From positions 522,853-586,852 of the forward strand of contig CAWINB010000004.1 of assembly GCA_963837465.1 (NCBI GenBank): a stretch of 64,000 nt of DNA, given 5' to 3'. Below the pieces are notes generated by a model. It made no database searches. It was not told the DNA's origin and was given only the letters and a program-made list of their open reading frames with translations. Source of the DNA: Candidatus Doudnabacteria bacterium (GTDB taxonomy: Bacteria > Patescibacteriota > Doudnabacteria > UBA920). The position numbers and the translations under genes were made by a program. The number at the start of each line of letters is the position of its first letter. The stretch's first letter is position 1. Of this stretch, positions 19,799 to 29,725 are shown piece by piece.

Positions 19799-20282
19799 TT
19801 AAAGGAGGTTTCGTTCTTTCAAACTAGTATGCGAATCAGCAGTTACTATAACGTGGTCAAGTACGTGAATACCAAGGAGCTTTCCCGCATCTTACCAATC
19901 GCTTGGTAACAGCAAGGTCTTCTGTTGATGGCTCAAGGCTACCGCTTGGGTGGTTATGGACGAATATCACTGAACAGCAATTCTTTAAAATAGCAGTCCT
20001 AAAACATTCCCGTGGATGGATAATGCTAGCGTTTAATGTGCCAATGCTAACCGTTTCTTTACCGGTAATTCTGTTTTGAGTGTCTAGAAAAAAGACTCGG
20101 AAGTTTTCTTTTCGGGCTTTTTTAATGTCTTTACACCTTAAGGCAATTTCAAGCGGACTGCAAATTGCATCCCGCACTGCCTTAACGTTTAAATTGTTAC
20201 TTACGTAGCTTTGGGCTTTCTCTTTAGCCTCGTTTTCGTTTTCAGCTGTGAAGCTGTAGTTAATGTTGATTTGGTATTCCAT
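19799..20282 (-). pseudogene. RadC-like JAB-domain protein, frameshifted near the C-terminus
   Basis: ENFRV, GTLNASIIHPRE, HNHPSGSLEPSTED; after one extra base the expected tail DAGKLLGIHVLDHVIV..ERNLL* follows. Confidence 0.85.
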
Positions 20283-20460
20283 AAAACTCCTTTTTGATTA
20301 CTTGTTATGGCAACCAAAAAGAACTCTGGAATGTTTTGGCAGTCAAGGGTGCAGCCCCGCGGCGATTTATGCCCAGGCGTGCAGCGGAATAAAGAAGCCG
20401 CCCCTTTACGGCCAAAAACCCAGAGTTACAATGGGAAGCCCTACGGAAGCAAAAAAGTTT
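20283..20460 (-). promoter_or_regulatory. Structured leader copy 1 (ssDNA-promoter-like)
   Basis: Homologous to 23466-23630; long dyad tggcagtcaaggg...ccctttacggcca; TTGACT and AAGGAG RBS on the minus strand. Confidence 0.55.
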
Positions 20461-20605
20461 TTAGTTTTAAAAAAATATAAACAAAACAAAAAAGCCCACC
20501 GTGTCCAGATAATGAGGCTGGGCGGCTGCTTTTTCGCTTTTTCGTTTCATGCTGAAAGCTCAACGCTTCAGCAAACCTCCTTTTATAATTTCTCTAGCTT
20601 TCTAA

Positions 20606-21283
20606 TTATTTGACCTGCCGCAGACCGCCATGTGGATGTCTCGGCCTTAGCTGCTCTTCATCGAGCGAATACTCCCGCTCAATGTGATTGGGGTTTACCA
20701 CCAGAATAGCCGTAGTCGGTCCGCCCCATGCCTTAGTACTTAGCAGGGTGCAGATACCTGTCCTTGGATTACCCGGTTTCTCGACGGCCAACAAGGTGTA
20801 ATCCAAACCAGCCCGCTGCTGGCCACCTTTTGACATATCGTAAAACCCAATATCCCTGGTGTCTCCTTTTTGCCGTCTGGGGCAATCCTCGCCGTGGCCG
20901 CAGACTTGGAACACCGCGACCAAGCTCGTTGGCATATCTTCCTTTATTGCCCAGCGAAGCCGAGTCGCCCCTATCAGACAAAGATCGAAGCGAACGCCCC
21001 GCATTTCCAGAATCCACTCGTTTACTACCGGCGGGACTTGGGCGGTCAGATCCAGAAAATGGATGGCTTGGTTTTGGGGCAGTAAGCCACCTTGTTCGTC
21101 GCGTGGTGCAATAACCGTTCTGCCCATCCCCAAACCAATATCAGCGGCGGCTCGCAAAAACCCTTGCAGCCAAGGAGGCTCGGTACTGAAGCCTGCTGGC
21201 AAACAGCCGGGGACGGACATTCCGTGACTATGAGCGTCACCCAGGACATCCTCGATCAGATCAAGCGATGGCATTACTATCAT
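20606..21283 (-). CDS. Hypothetical protein
   Basis: 225-aa ORF whose start overlaps the upstream gene's stop; GC-richer block. Confidence 0.55.
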   Translation of the reverse strand: MIVMPSLDLIEDVLGDAHSHGMSVPGCLPAGFSTEPPWLQGFLRAAADIGLGMGRTVIAPRDEQGGLLPQNQAIHFLDLTAQVPPVVNEWILEMRGVRFDLCLIGATRLRWAIKEDMPTSLVAVFQVCGHGEDCPRRQKGDTRDIGFYDMSKGGQQRAGLDYTLLAVEKPGNPRTGICTLLSTKAWGGPTTAILVVNPNHIEREYSLDEEQLRPRHPHGGLRQVK

Positions 21284-21531
21284 TTTTTTGATTTCCTTTT
21301 TTTTCTCGGCCCCGGCCAGTCGGCTAGGAACCGGCTAAAGTCAGCCTCGGCGATGATCCAAGACTGGCCGATTTTTGATGCTTTCAGTCGTCCCTCCGCA
21401 ATCATCAGGGTGACCGAGACTTGAGTGACGCAGAGTTCCAGCGCAACTATTGATGTCGTCAGCAGGGCCTGTCCGCAACAGGGACAAAGCCCTGGCTGAT
21501 AATCCGATTTGTTCCTCATTTCGTTTCCCAA
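21280..21531 (-). CDS. Excisionase-like HTH (HTH_17/MerR-type) DNA-binding protein
   Basis: LLTTSIVALELCVTQVSV..MIAEGRLKASKIGQSWII; N-terminal CPCC. Confidence 0.7.
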   Translation of the reverse strand: MGNEMRNKSDYQPGLCPCCGQALLTTSIVALELCVTQVSVTLMIAEGRLKASKIGQSWIIAEADFSRFLADWPGPRKKRKSKK

Positions 21532-22571
21532 AGGTTTCCCGACCTAATTGGGTAGCCGCGCAATTCGGGTATCCCCAAAAAGGTTGAACCGCTTTCCCGC
21601 TCGATCACAATGTCAATCGCTGCGTGCGACAACCCAGGGAATATGGGGCTCTGGCTTACATACTCTACATGCATCCCTGAATACCATCCGGGGAGCGGTT
21701 CAGGCCAAACGCCTTTTTCATTCGGACAAGCCTTGGCCTCCAAACCGATCAAGGATTCGCCATTGTAGCCAGCAGAAACTTCCACCAGACGCAGGTGTCC
21801 CTCCGGCACGTCTTTGAGGCGATGAACGAACTTAACCCGCACGCCCCATCCCAGCGTTTTTGACAATACAACGGCGCAATCCGCGAACTTTCCTCCTATC
21901 ATTTTTGCCGTTGCGAGGAAGTAAGTATTGTTGAATCGGTCACGATAGCCTACTACCAACTCCTGCTTGGTGTCGAAAAGCTCTTGCAAGTCAATGGAGA
22001 TTTCCTCAATCTCTACCCACTGTCCGGGAAGCTTAAATCCGAGCCGATAGAAACGAAGTAACCAGGACAGCTTGAGACTTCGGAATTGAGTATCTCGCAA
22101 CTCTTCGTGGTCTTTTTTGCTGATTAGTCCCCGGTCGAAAAGGTAGTCAATGCATTCTTCCCAATTCAAGCGGTATACTTTTTCCAAAAGACCGTATAGC
22201 CTAAATGCTGACCATGTGTAACCGCCCTCGGTGGCAATTACCCAGCTATCGCTAATGCGCGCCACGCAGAATCCTGCTCCATTACCTTCCCTGTCACGAT
22301 GAGCGATGTTACCGTGCACTACTGCCGGCTTGTTGTTTTGCCGGGCAACCTGTAGATCACGCAAAATCATGTGACCCAGTTCTGCCGTGGTAGCGACGGG
22401 AGCAACCTCGCCAGATGCACGATCACATTTCATTTGGTTAGTAATCGCTTTATGGCCGTCTCCATCTTGAGCGCAATCTGACGAAGTAGAGAACACCGTG
22501 CCGCGTAAAGCGTCACACACCCAAAGCAGAAAACCGCCTACGATAAACCACGTCTTATAGACTAAATTCAT
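21516..22571 (-). CDS. Hypothetical protein
   Basis: 351-aa ORF preceded by a GAAGGGG RBS; first gene of a three-gene operon. Confidence 0.6.
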   Translation of the reverse strand: MNLVYKTWFIVGGFLLWVCDALRGTVFSTSSDCAQDGDGHKAITNQMKCDRASGEVAPVATTAELGHMILRDLQVARQNNKPAVVHGNIAHRDREGNGAGFCVARISDSWVIATEGGYTWSAFRLYGLLEKVYRLNWEECIDYLFDRGLISKKDHEELRDTQFRSLKLSWLLRFYRLGFKLPGQWVEIEEISIDLQELFDTKQELVVGYRDRFNNTYFLATAKMIGGKFADCAVVLSKTLGWGVRVKFVHRLKDVPEGHLRLVEVSAGYNGESLIGLEAKACPNEKGVWPEPLPGWYSGMHVEYVSQSPIFPGLSHAAIDIVIERESGSTFLGIPELRGYPIRSGNLWETK

Positions 22572-23043
22572 TTAAACCCCCTTCAAATTTTTGCTTGTTT
22601 CCAGTCACATGGGTGGCGAAATTGCCAAAACCACGACTTTCGCACAAAACAAAACCGCCTCAATCTTTTGTGAAAGAGGCGGTGTTAAGAACGAATTAAA
22701 TCACGCTCAAGACGGCCGCTTCCAGCAAAGTTGCAGCCATCATCATGTTTAAATTTTTTAGATAAAAATTCATGGGAATAAAATAAAAGACCCTTTTGCA
22801 AGGGCCTTGAATGTTGAAGATTTACACAAAACAAAATTCAGCCCTTGCGATTAAGGTTTAACATTTTCATCATTTCAGTTTTGGCAGAAATTTGTCGGTT
22901 CATAAGCTTAAAATCATCTTACTCCAATTAAAGAAAAATGTCAATGGGAGGGTACCACCATTATTTATTTGCGCCAATTTTTTTGCACTTATGGCCCATA
23001 GAAAAAGCCACCCTGTGAAGGATGGCTAAATCTTGTTTTTGGT

Positions 23044-23205
23044 TTAAACTTCAAAATATTTCTTGATGTTAAGGTTGCAGGAGCCGCAACCCGGACAGGT
23101 AATGGTGTCCAGGTCAATGATTTCTTGCCTGCTGGCGCTCCAGCAATTTTGGCAGTTGGGGCAGGTGATTAAGTATTGGAAGTAGGCTGTTAGTGTTTTT
23201 AGCAT
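23044..23205 (-). CDS. Small zinc-ribbon protein (53 aa; not in ORF track)
   Basis: MLKTLTAYFQYLITCPNCQNCW...TITCPGCGSCNLNIKKYFEV*, two CxxC knuckles. Confidence 0.6.
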   Translation of the reverse strand: MLKTLTAYFQYLITCPNCQNCWSASRQEIIDLDTITCPGCGSCNLNIKKYFEV

Positions 23206-23267
23206 TTGTGTTTTGTTAATTATTTTAAGAAAGAATTTTTGTTTTTGTTTTGGTTTTGGTAAGCGGT

Positions 23268-23465
23268 CTAGAGGGAATTCTTGACCGTGATGTACGAGGA
23301 AACTTTTTTCCCGTAATCGTGGTAGTCGCTGGACTTGGGATCTACAGACTTTCTCAACTCCAAGTAGTAGTTGATACTTCTCTGCAAAGCCGCCTTGATG
23401 ATATTTGACTTCATCTCCGGCGTCAGTCCCTGTTTTGCGCTAACTGCCTTTTTGAATTGTGGCAT
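23268..23465 (-). CDS. Small hypothetical protein
   Basis: 65 aa with a strong AAGGAG RBS, behind structured leader copy 2. Confidence 0.65.
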   Translation of the reverse strand: MPQFKKAVSAKQGLTPEMKSNIIKAALQRSINYYLELRKSVDPKSSDYHDYGKKVSSYITVKNSL

Positions 23466-23630
23466 GTTAACTCCTTTCTTTGCTTAATTATTATGGCGAA
23501 ATAACACTGGCCGCAGGTTATGGCAGTCAAGGGATTAAAAGCGATTTATGCCCTACGGGAAATAAAGAGCTTTTACCCTTGACCGGCCATAAACGGACAG
23601 TAAAATGGAAATCCATAAGAAAGCAAAGGC
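23466..23630 (-). promoter_or_regulatory. Structured leader copy 2 (ssDNA-promoter-like)
   Basis: tggcagtcaaggg...gcgatttatgccc...aataaaga...cccttgaccggcca blocks shared with 20283-20460. Confidence 0.55.
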
Positions 23631-23719
23631 TGTTTTAAAAGCCGTAGACAACATAAAAGAGCGGTATGAATAACCGCTCTACATTTTTTGGTTTGTATTA
23701 AAATTTATTGGGCTTGCTT

Positions 23720-23875
23720 TTACAAGTCCAATTCGTCTAGATCAATCCCTACATCTTCCATTCTTTGTAAGGCCTCGTCTGCGTCGCCATTGTTAATCTG
23801 CTCGGCTAATTCTTCCTTAAGCCCGTCTTCGTCAACTTCCATTCTGATTTCATCGTCCAAATCTTCAAGCGGCAT
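23720..23875 (-). CDS. Small highly acidic protein (51 aa; not in ORF track)
   Basis: MPLEDLDDEIRMEVDEDGLKEELAEQINNGDADEALQRMEDVGIDLDELDL*; 21 D/E versus 3 K/R; starts 26 bp after the hsdR end. Confidence 0.65.
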   Translation of the reverse strand: MPLEDLDDEIRMEVDEDGLKEELAEQINNGDADEALQRMEDVGIDLDELDL

Positions 23876-23900
23876 AAATTTTTCATATTATACTTCAACT

Positions 23901-26700
23901 TTACCATTCAAATCTATCAACCATATTTTGGATTGCTCCTTTAATGCGGTCAATAATTCCTTGTCGTTCTTTAATTTTAGGCACTTCTGGTAGTAAATCA
24001 ACAATTTCCTGGCCATTGGGCAGTTTTTGTGTGTAAAGGTATTCGCCAATCAGAATGCTCAAACTTTTCAACTGGAATATTTTCAGCCTTTGCAATGCTC
24101 TTTAAACTCGCGGAACGCTCACTTGCCCAAAAATCGCTAAAGGCTTTTTCAACATCGTCCGCTTTGCCGATTTTTGGCAAATTTTCTTCAATAAATTTCT
24201 TGATTAAGTCTTTTTTCTTACGAAGCTGGACATCCCTGTCAAATAAACGCAAAATTTCTTCAGTTTTCTTTTTGCGCACAACATCGGAAGTGCTGTTTTT
24301 AATCCCCGCTAGAAGCAAAATAATGTAGTCAAAATTAATAATATCTCTGGTTGTCAATTCAATTTCAAAATCAATCTGGTCTAAAATAGATTCGGGTCCG
24401 TTATTGTTATTTTTACGGTCTTCATAAACATCTAAGTATTTGCTCTGGTAATCAAAAAATTCTTGCTCGGTTATCCCGAGATCCATAAATGAAAAATCCG
24501 CAAAAGTTTCCAGTGATGATTTGATTCTTAGCAAGTCACGAAATGTCTTTATAAACTCCGCTTTTTCTTCCTCGCCCTCTAGTTCGTCAACAAATGCAAT
24601 AGTTGGCACCTTTTCTCGCAATTCAGCAAGTTTATCTTCAAACTCTTTTTTTTGCATTTCGTAAGGCTTTTTAAATACGACTTCTTTAGCGTTTTCGTCG
24701 CCAAAAAGCGCCAAGGCTGTATCGGTTGCCTCTTTTAAGTTCCTAAACGACACAATATTGCCGTGGGGCTTGTCGGAGTTCAGCAGCCTGTTAGTGCGCG
24801 AATACGCCTGAATAAGCCCGTGGTAGCGTAAATTCTTGTCTACATACAGCGTATTAAGCCGTGGGCTATCAAAACCTGTTAAAAACATATTTACCACCAA
24901 GACAAGGTCAACTTCCTTATTCTTGATTCTTTTTTGCAAGTCTCGGTAATAATCGTAAAAACGGTCGGTTGAAAAATTGGTAGAATATTGTTTGTTGTAA
25001 TCTTTTATGCAATTTTCCAAAAAGTCTCTCGAATGCTGGTTAATGACCGCCCCTTCATCATTAAACACATCCACATCGAGCATATCGGAACTTTCGTCCT
25101 CATTGGCTTTATAAGTAAAAATTGTCGCAAGGCTAAAATCTGCCGTTTTTTTATTTTTTAGTAATTTATAGTATTTCTTTAATATTTCAATACTGGAAAC
25201 GGCGAATAACGCGTTAAATTTTCCATTCTTTGTTTTTCGTTTCCAATCCGCCAGAACGTAATCAGTAATTTTATTTAGCCGGTCGTCGCTTTCCAAAACT
25301 TCTTTGGTGTTTATGCCTTCCACCAATGAATCTGCAAAAATATCCGCATCTAGCGTATCTGGGTCTTTTTGTTTGTATTTTCCAACGTATTCAACCGCAA
25401 AACCCAACACATTGTTGTCGGAAATTGCGTGGGTAATAATGTATTTGTGCAAACATTCTTCAAAAACATCCACCGTGGTTACGCCACCAACATTATTTTC
25501 GGCAAAAATTGGCGTACCGGTAAAACCAAAAAGCTGGGCTTTTTTGAAGAAGCCTTTTATCCGCGCATGGGTCTGCCCAAACTGGCTTCGGTGGCATTCA
25601 TCAAAAATCACTACCACTTTTTCATTAGCCAAATATTCAAATTGTTTTAAATACGATTCTCTCCCAATAGCAATATCCAATTTTTGAATTGTGGTAACAA
25701 TAAGTTTTCTGTTTTTGTCTTCCAATTGTTTAACCAGGCTGTAAGTGTTGTTCGTACCGTCCACCGCGCCTTCGGAAAAAGAATTAAACTCATTAGTTGT
25801 TTGGATGTCCAAATCCTTCCGGTCAACCACAAAAATCACTTTTTTGATTTCCGGTATTTGCGAAAGCACCTGGCTGGCTTTAAATGATGTTAAAGTTTTT
25901 CCCGATCCGGTTGTGTGCCAAATATAGCCATTTTTGTTAGTTTCCTTAACGCGTTTTTCAATAGCTCTAACTGCATAATACTGATATGGCCTTAGCACCA
26001 TTGGGATTTTGGTAGTCTCCGCCAGTATAATATATTCCGCAATCATTTTTGACACAGTACACTTTTGCAAAAATACGTTAGCAAATTCATCCAGTTGGTT
26101 AATTTTCCTGTTGTCTACATCTGTCCAATAAAAAGTCTGCTCAAATGATTGTTTTGAGTTATTGGAAAAATATTTTGTATTGACTCCGTTAGAAATAACA
26201 AAAATCTGTATATATTCAAATAATGTTCCGGTAAAAGAATGCTTATGATATCTCTGTATTTGGTTAAAAGCCTCTTTTAACTCCATCCCCCGGCGCTTTA
26301 GCTCCACCTGTACCAGCGGCAAGCCATTTACCAACAAAGTTACATCGTACCTGTTTTCGTACTTGCCCACCTGGGTAATTTGCTGTGCCACCTGATACTC
26401 ATTCTTGCACCACTGTTCCATATTAAAAAACCGCGCATAAAAGATACTCCCATCATCCCGGGTCAAAACAAACCTGTCCCGCAAAGTCTTGGCTTTCTGG
26501 AATCTATCACCTTTGTTTAAATGATTTAATATCCTTGTAAATTCATCATGCGTAAAAACTACCCCATTAAACTTTTCCAACTGCTTACGTAAATTGACTA
26601 TCATTGCAGCACTGTCTTCCAACACCACAGGTAAAAATCCCAACCGCCTAAGCTGCTCAATTAATGTTTTTTCAAGTTGTTGTTCGGATTGATGAGTCAT
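23901..26700 (-). CDS. hsdR: Type I restriction enzyme R subunit, +1 frameshift near 24055 (tail in ORF 23901-24095)
   Basis: [17 protein letters not shown] nuclease motif, [26 protein letters not shown]. Confidence 0.9.
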
Positions 26701-26703
26701 AAA

Positions 26704-28605
26704 TTATGATTTATTATTCCATATTTCTTCTAATACAATAGTCCCACTATTAGGTCTATTTTTTTTATCTAGGAGATCAATGCTAACTTTTACTGGAATT
26801 TTTACAGCCAGACCTGCAAAAAAACAGCTACCTGTTGAAAGTATAGAAAGAGAGTCAAATGATAGTTTGTCTAAATAAGACACTGTTTTATTAATTGCAT
26901 TTATATCATAATTATTTACCAATTTGTGAATAAAATAATTATGCAACTGAGAGATAATTGTTGTAGAAATATCGTAAGGTCTTTGACTGGCAATTGTTAA
27001 AAAAACATTAAACTTTCTTCCTTCTTTGATTATTTCTTCGAATGTTTCAAGTCTATAATCTTTCCAGGTTTCACTTTCTCGTTCTGAGGAACTCGATAAA
27101 ATATTATGAGCTTCGTCTACAATTAAATGCAATGATTTGCCTTCATAATTATTTTTATGTTCTTCATAAAGTTTTTTGGCAATAATTAGGGGTAATGTTT
27201 TTTTAATTTCAAGATTAGTATTTTTTAAATTTAAAACAACTAAATTTTTACCAGATGGAAAAATTGAATTGCTACTTTCTGTATCTAATATCTTCTCTAT
27301 ATCTTTTTGTTTACTCTTTAATTTATTAATTGCTGGAGAAATATGCTCATTTTGAGCCTTATCATTATAGACATCAAATATTATTTGTAGGTAAAGAAAA
27401 TGTATTAGTTTTGAGATGGCATTTTTAGGGAAAACATAGGCATCAATTTTATTATATAAATCTAAGTTGACTATTTCCTCTTCAGAAATTTGTTTATGTA
27501 CCGTACTACGGGGTAACATAAAATAATTTAAAGTATTGTGCCATTCTGGTATTTTGATTGAATTTGTATCCGTATCTGATATACTCAGAATAATTTTTAT
27601 ATAATCTAATAAAATATGCGACTTTTCTTTTATAACCATTAACAAAATATCTTTTAATCTTTTTTTGAGAATATTTTTAAAAAATTCAAGTGGGTTATTA
27701 TCGTTGCCCATCTCATCTTTTTCTTTATGAATTTTCCTGTAAAAATCAATGGCTCTACTGATAAATGGTCTTTGAGTTTTGTCAGTAGCATTTGAAAGAA
27801 TGGAAATTAGTTCAACATTCATCAAATCGGCTTCTTTTAAGGGTATCTTTTTATCTGTTTCAATTGCACTTAATTCCTTTTTTGTATCTAAAAAATACAC
27901 TTGTTTATTTTCCGTTAGAATCTCATCTTTGTCTCCACCTTTAATTTCTTTTGCATATTCTCCATTAAAATCAAAAATAACAAATTTTGAATTTTCATTA
28001 AAATTGGAGTTGTCTTTATATAATTTAAATAGCTCATGATAAATCTTTGCCAAAGTATTAGACTTACCGCTACCGGTATTTCCAAAAATACCAATATGGC
28101 TGGCGAACAAACCGTTAACACTTACTTCAATTTCTTGAGAAGGCTCTTCTGTTAAAGGACCCAAGGGTATTTTTTGTTCTGTATCTTTATAAAATTGATG
28201 TAAGATATTAAATTCTTCTTTATCTAACAAATAACACTTGTTGTCAATTAATGGCATTTCTTTAATACCCTGCTCAAATTTAACTCCATCAAAATGTCCA
28301 AATAAAGTAACCTCTAAATATCGGACAATTTTTTGTTCTTCTTTATTATATTCTTCATTAAAAATCCTTTCGGTTGTGATAAATTCTCCCTCTACCTTAC
28401 CAATAATTTCAACAAACCCTTTCATAATTTTTACAAAACCACCAACAGAAACATTTTTTAAAATTTTGCCCTGATATAAAAGATGGGATGAGTTTTTATT
28501 TTTATTTACCTTAATTTTTACCTTTCTGCCCTCAACAGAAGAAACGTAGCCAATAATAAAAATTGACTCCTTAGTAAGGCTTCTTTGTATTTGTTCATTA
28601 CTCAT
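26704..28605 (-). CDS. HerA-family ATPase/helicase (Sir2-HerA defence)
   Basis: HAS-barrel N-terminus, HIGIFGNTGSGKS, IVDEAH, KEGRKF, SQRP. Confidence 0.88.
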   Translation of the reverse strand: MSNEQIQRSLTKESIFIIGYVSSVEGRKVKIKVNKNKNSSHLLYQGKILKNVSVGGFVKIMKGFVEIIGKVEGEFITTERIFNEEYNKEEQKIVRYLEVTLFGHFDGVKFEQGIKEMPLIDNKCYLLDKEEFNILHQFYKDTEQKIPLGPLTEEPSQEIEVSVNGLFASHIGIFGNTGSGKSNTLAKIYHELFKLYKDNSNFNENSKFVIFDFNGEYAKEIKGGDKDEILTENKQVYFLDTKKELSAIETDKKIPLKEADLMNVELISILSNATDKTQRPFISRAIDFYRKIHKEKDEMGNDNNPLEFFKNILKKRLKDILLMVIKEKSHILLDYIKIILSISDTDTNSIKIPEWHNTLNYFMLPRSTVHKQISEEEIVNLDLYNKIDAYVFPKNAISKLIHFLYLQIIFDVYNDKAQNEHISPAINKLKSKQKDIEKILDTESSNSIFPSGKNLVVLNLKNTNLEIKKTLPLIIAKKLYEEHKNNYEGKSLHLIVDEAHNILSSSSERESETWKDYRLETFEEIIKEGRKFNVFLTIASQRPYDISTTIISQLHNYFIHKLVNNYDINAINKTVSYLDKLSFDSLSILSTGSCFFAGLAVKIPVKVSIDLLDKKNRPNSGTIVLEEIWNNKS

Positions 28606-29719
28606 GCTTTTCAGGTTTCAAGTTAATTCGCTTAAAAAAAACTTCTGTAACCGTACTTAAATCATAAGAATGGATCTCTTCTTCTCCCTCAAATTCATTC
28701 AAAACAATCGTTATGTTTGGAAACTTGAGAATTTCCATCTTATCTTCCATTTCTTTTCTTTTTTCTTTTGAGTGTAAAAATATGAAAATCCGCAGTGTCG
28801 GATTTGATTTTGCAACCCGTTTAGTTATTTCTTTAATATGTTGGTCTGTCATTGAAAAGCCAATCACAAAGAGAACAGAATTTACACGTTCTAATTCACT
28901 AGAATATGAGCGTAATAACTCATAATAATATTTATTTAGTACTGTTTCAGAAAACTTTGCACTCTCTGGATTTACAACAAGTATTTTTTCTTTATAATCA
29001 TCTGTAAACCTTTTCCCAGTCCTTTTTAACAACTTACTATCAAAATGATCAAGCTTAGAAGAAAGCAATATTTTTCTATCTTCTCCTGTCTTGCTGGTTT
29101 CATATTTCCAAGTAAGCGAACCATGAACTTTTAAAATATTAAAAATTGGGATTTCTGATTTATGATCAAAATGCAAACTTCTCTGAAAGACAGATTTTTT
29201 AAAGTTAGATAAAGAAAACGTAGGGTTTAATCTTCCTGAAAAACCATCATTATAATCAATGAACAAATCTTCTAAAGTTTTTTCAAAAAATGGATCAATA
29301 TTTGTAGTAAATATGTTAACTTGTTTATTAAGTATGGTAGTTTCTCTTTCTAAAATTAGCTTAGTTATTGTTTGCAAAAATTTTTCATAAGATTTTTTTG
29401 TATCCCTAAAATCAATTTCTTCAGTCCTGTCCTCACCGTTACTATTTTTTAAACTATTTCCTGTTGCATTTTTTATGGAATCTGTTGAAAATTGTTGTGA
29501 AAAAACCTTTTTATTTGGAAGCATTACCGTTTCTATATACTTTTTATAACCTAGTATTTGCTCTTTGGTTTTGTTGTCCCTAATTGCATTATTTATTTCG
29601 CTTTCAATACCACCTAAGATTGGCAAGAATGGAGTAGAAATACCAGCACCAAAAAGAAAGTTCACATTCGAACTCTGAATTATTTCTTTTAGTTCTGTTA
29701 TAAATTTATCTTTTTTCAT
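28598..29719 (-). CDS. SIR2-family protein (Sir2-HerA defence NADase)
   Basis: FLFGAGIS, FTTNID, KVHGSL, VIGFSMTDQHI. Confidence 0.88.
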   Translation of the reverse strand: MKKDKFITELKEIIQSSNVNFLFGAGISTPFLPILGGIESEINNAIRDNKTKEQILGYKKYIETVMLPNKKVFSQQFSTDSIKNATGNSLKNSNGEDRTEEIDFRDTKKSYEKFLQTITKLILERETTILNKQVNIFTTNIDPFFEKTLEDLFIDYNDGFSGRLNPTFSLSNFKKSVFQRSLHFDHKSEIPIFNILKVHGSLTWKYETSKTGEDRKILLSSKLDHFDSKLLKRTGKRFTDDYKEKILVVNPESAKFSETVLNKYYYELLRSYSSELERVNSVLFVIGFSMTDQHIKEITKRVAKSNPTLRIFIFLHSKEKRKEMEDKMEILKFPNITIVLNEFEGEEEIHSYDLSTVTEVFFKRINLKPEKHE

Positions 29720-29725
29720 ATACCT

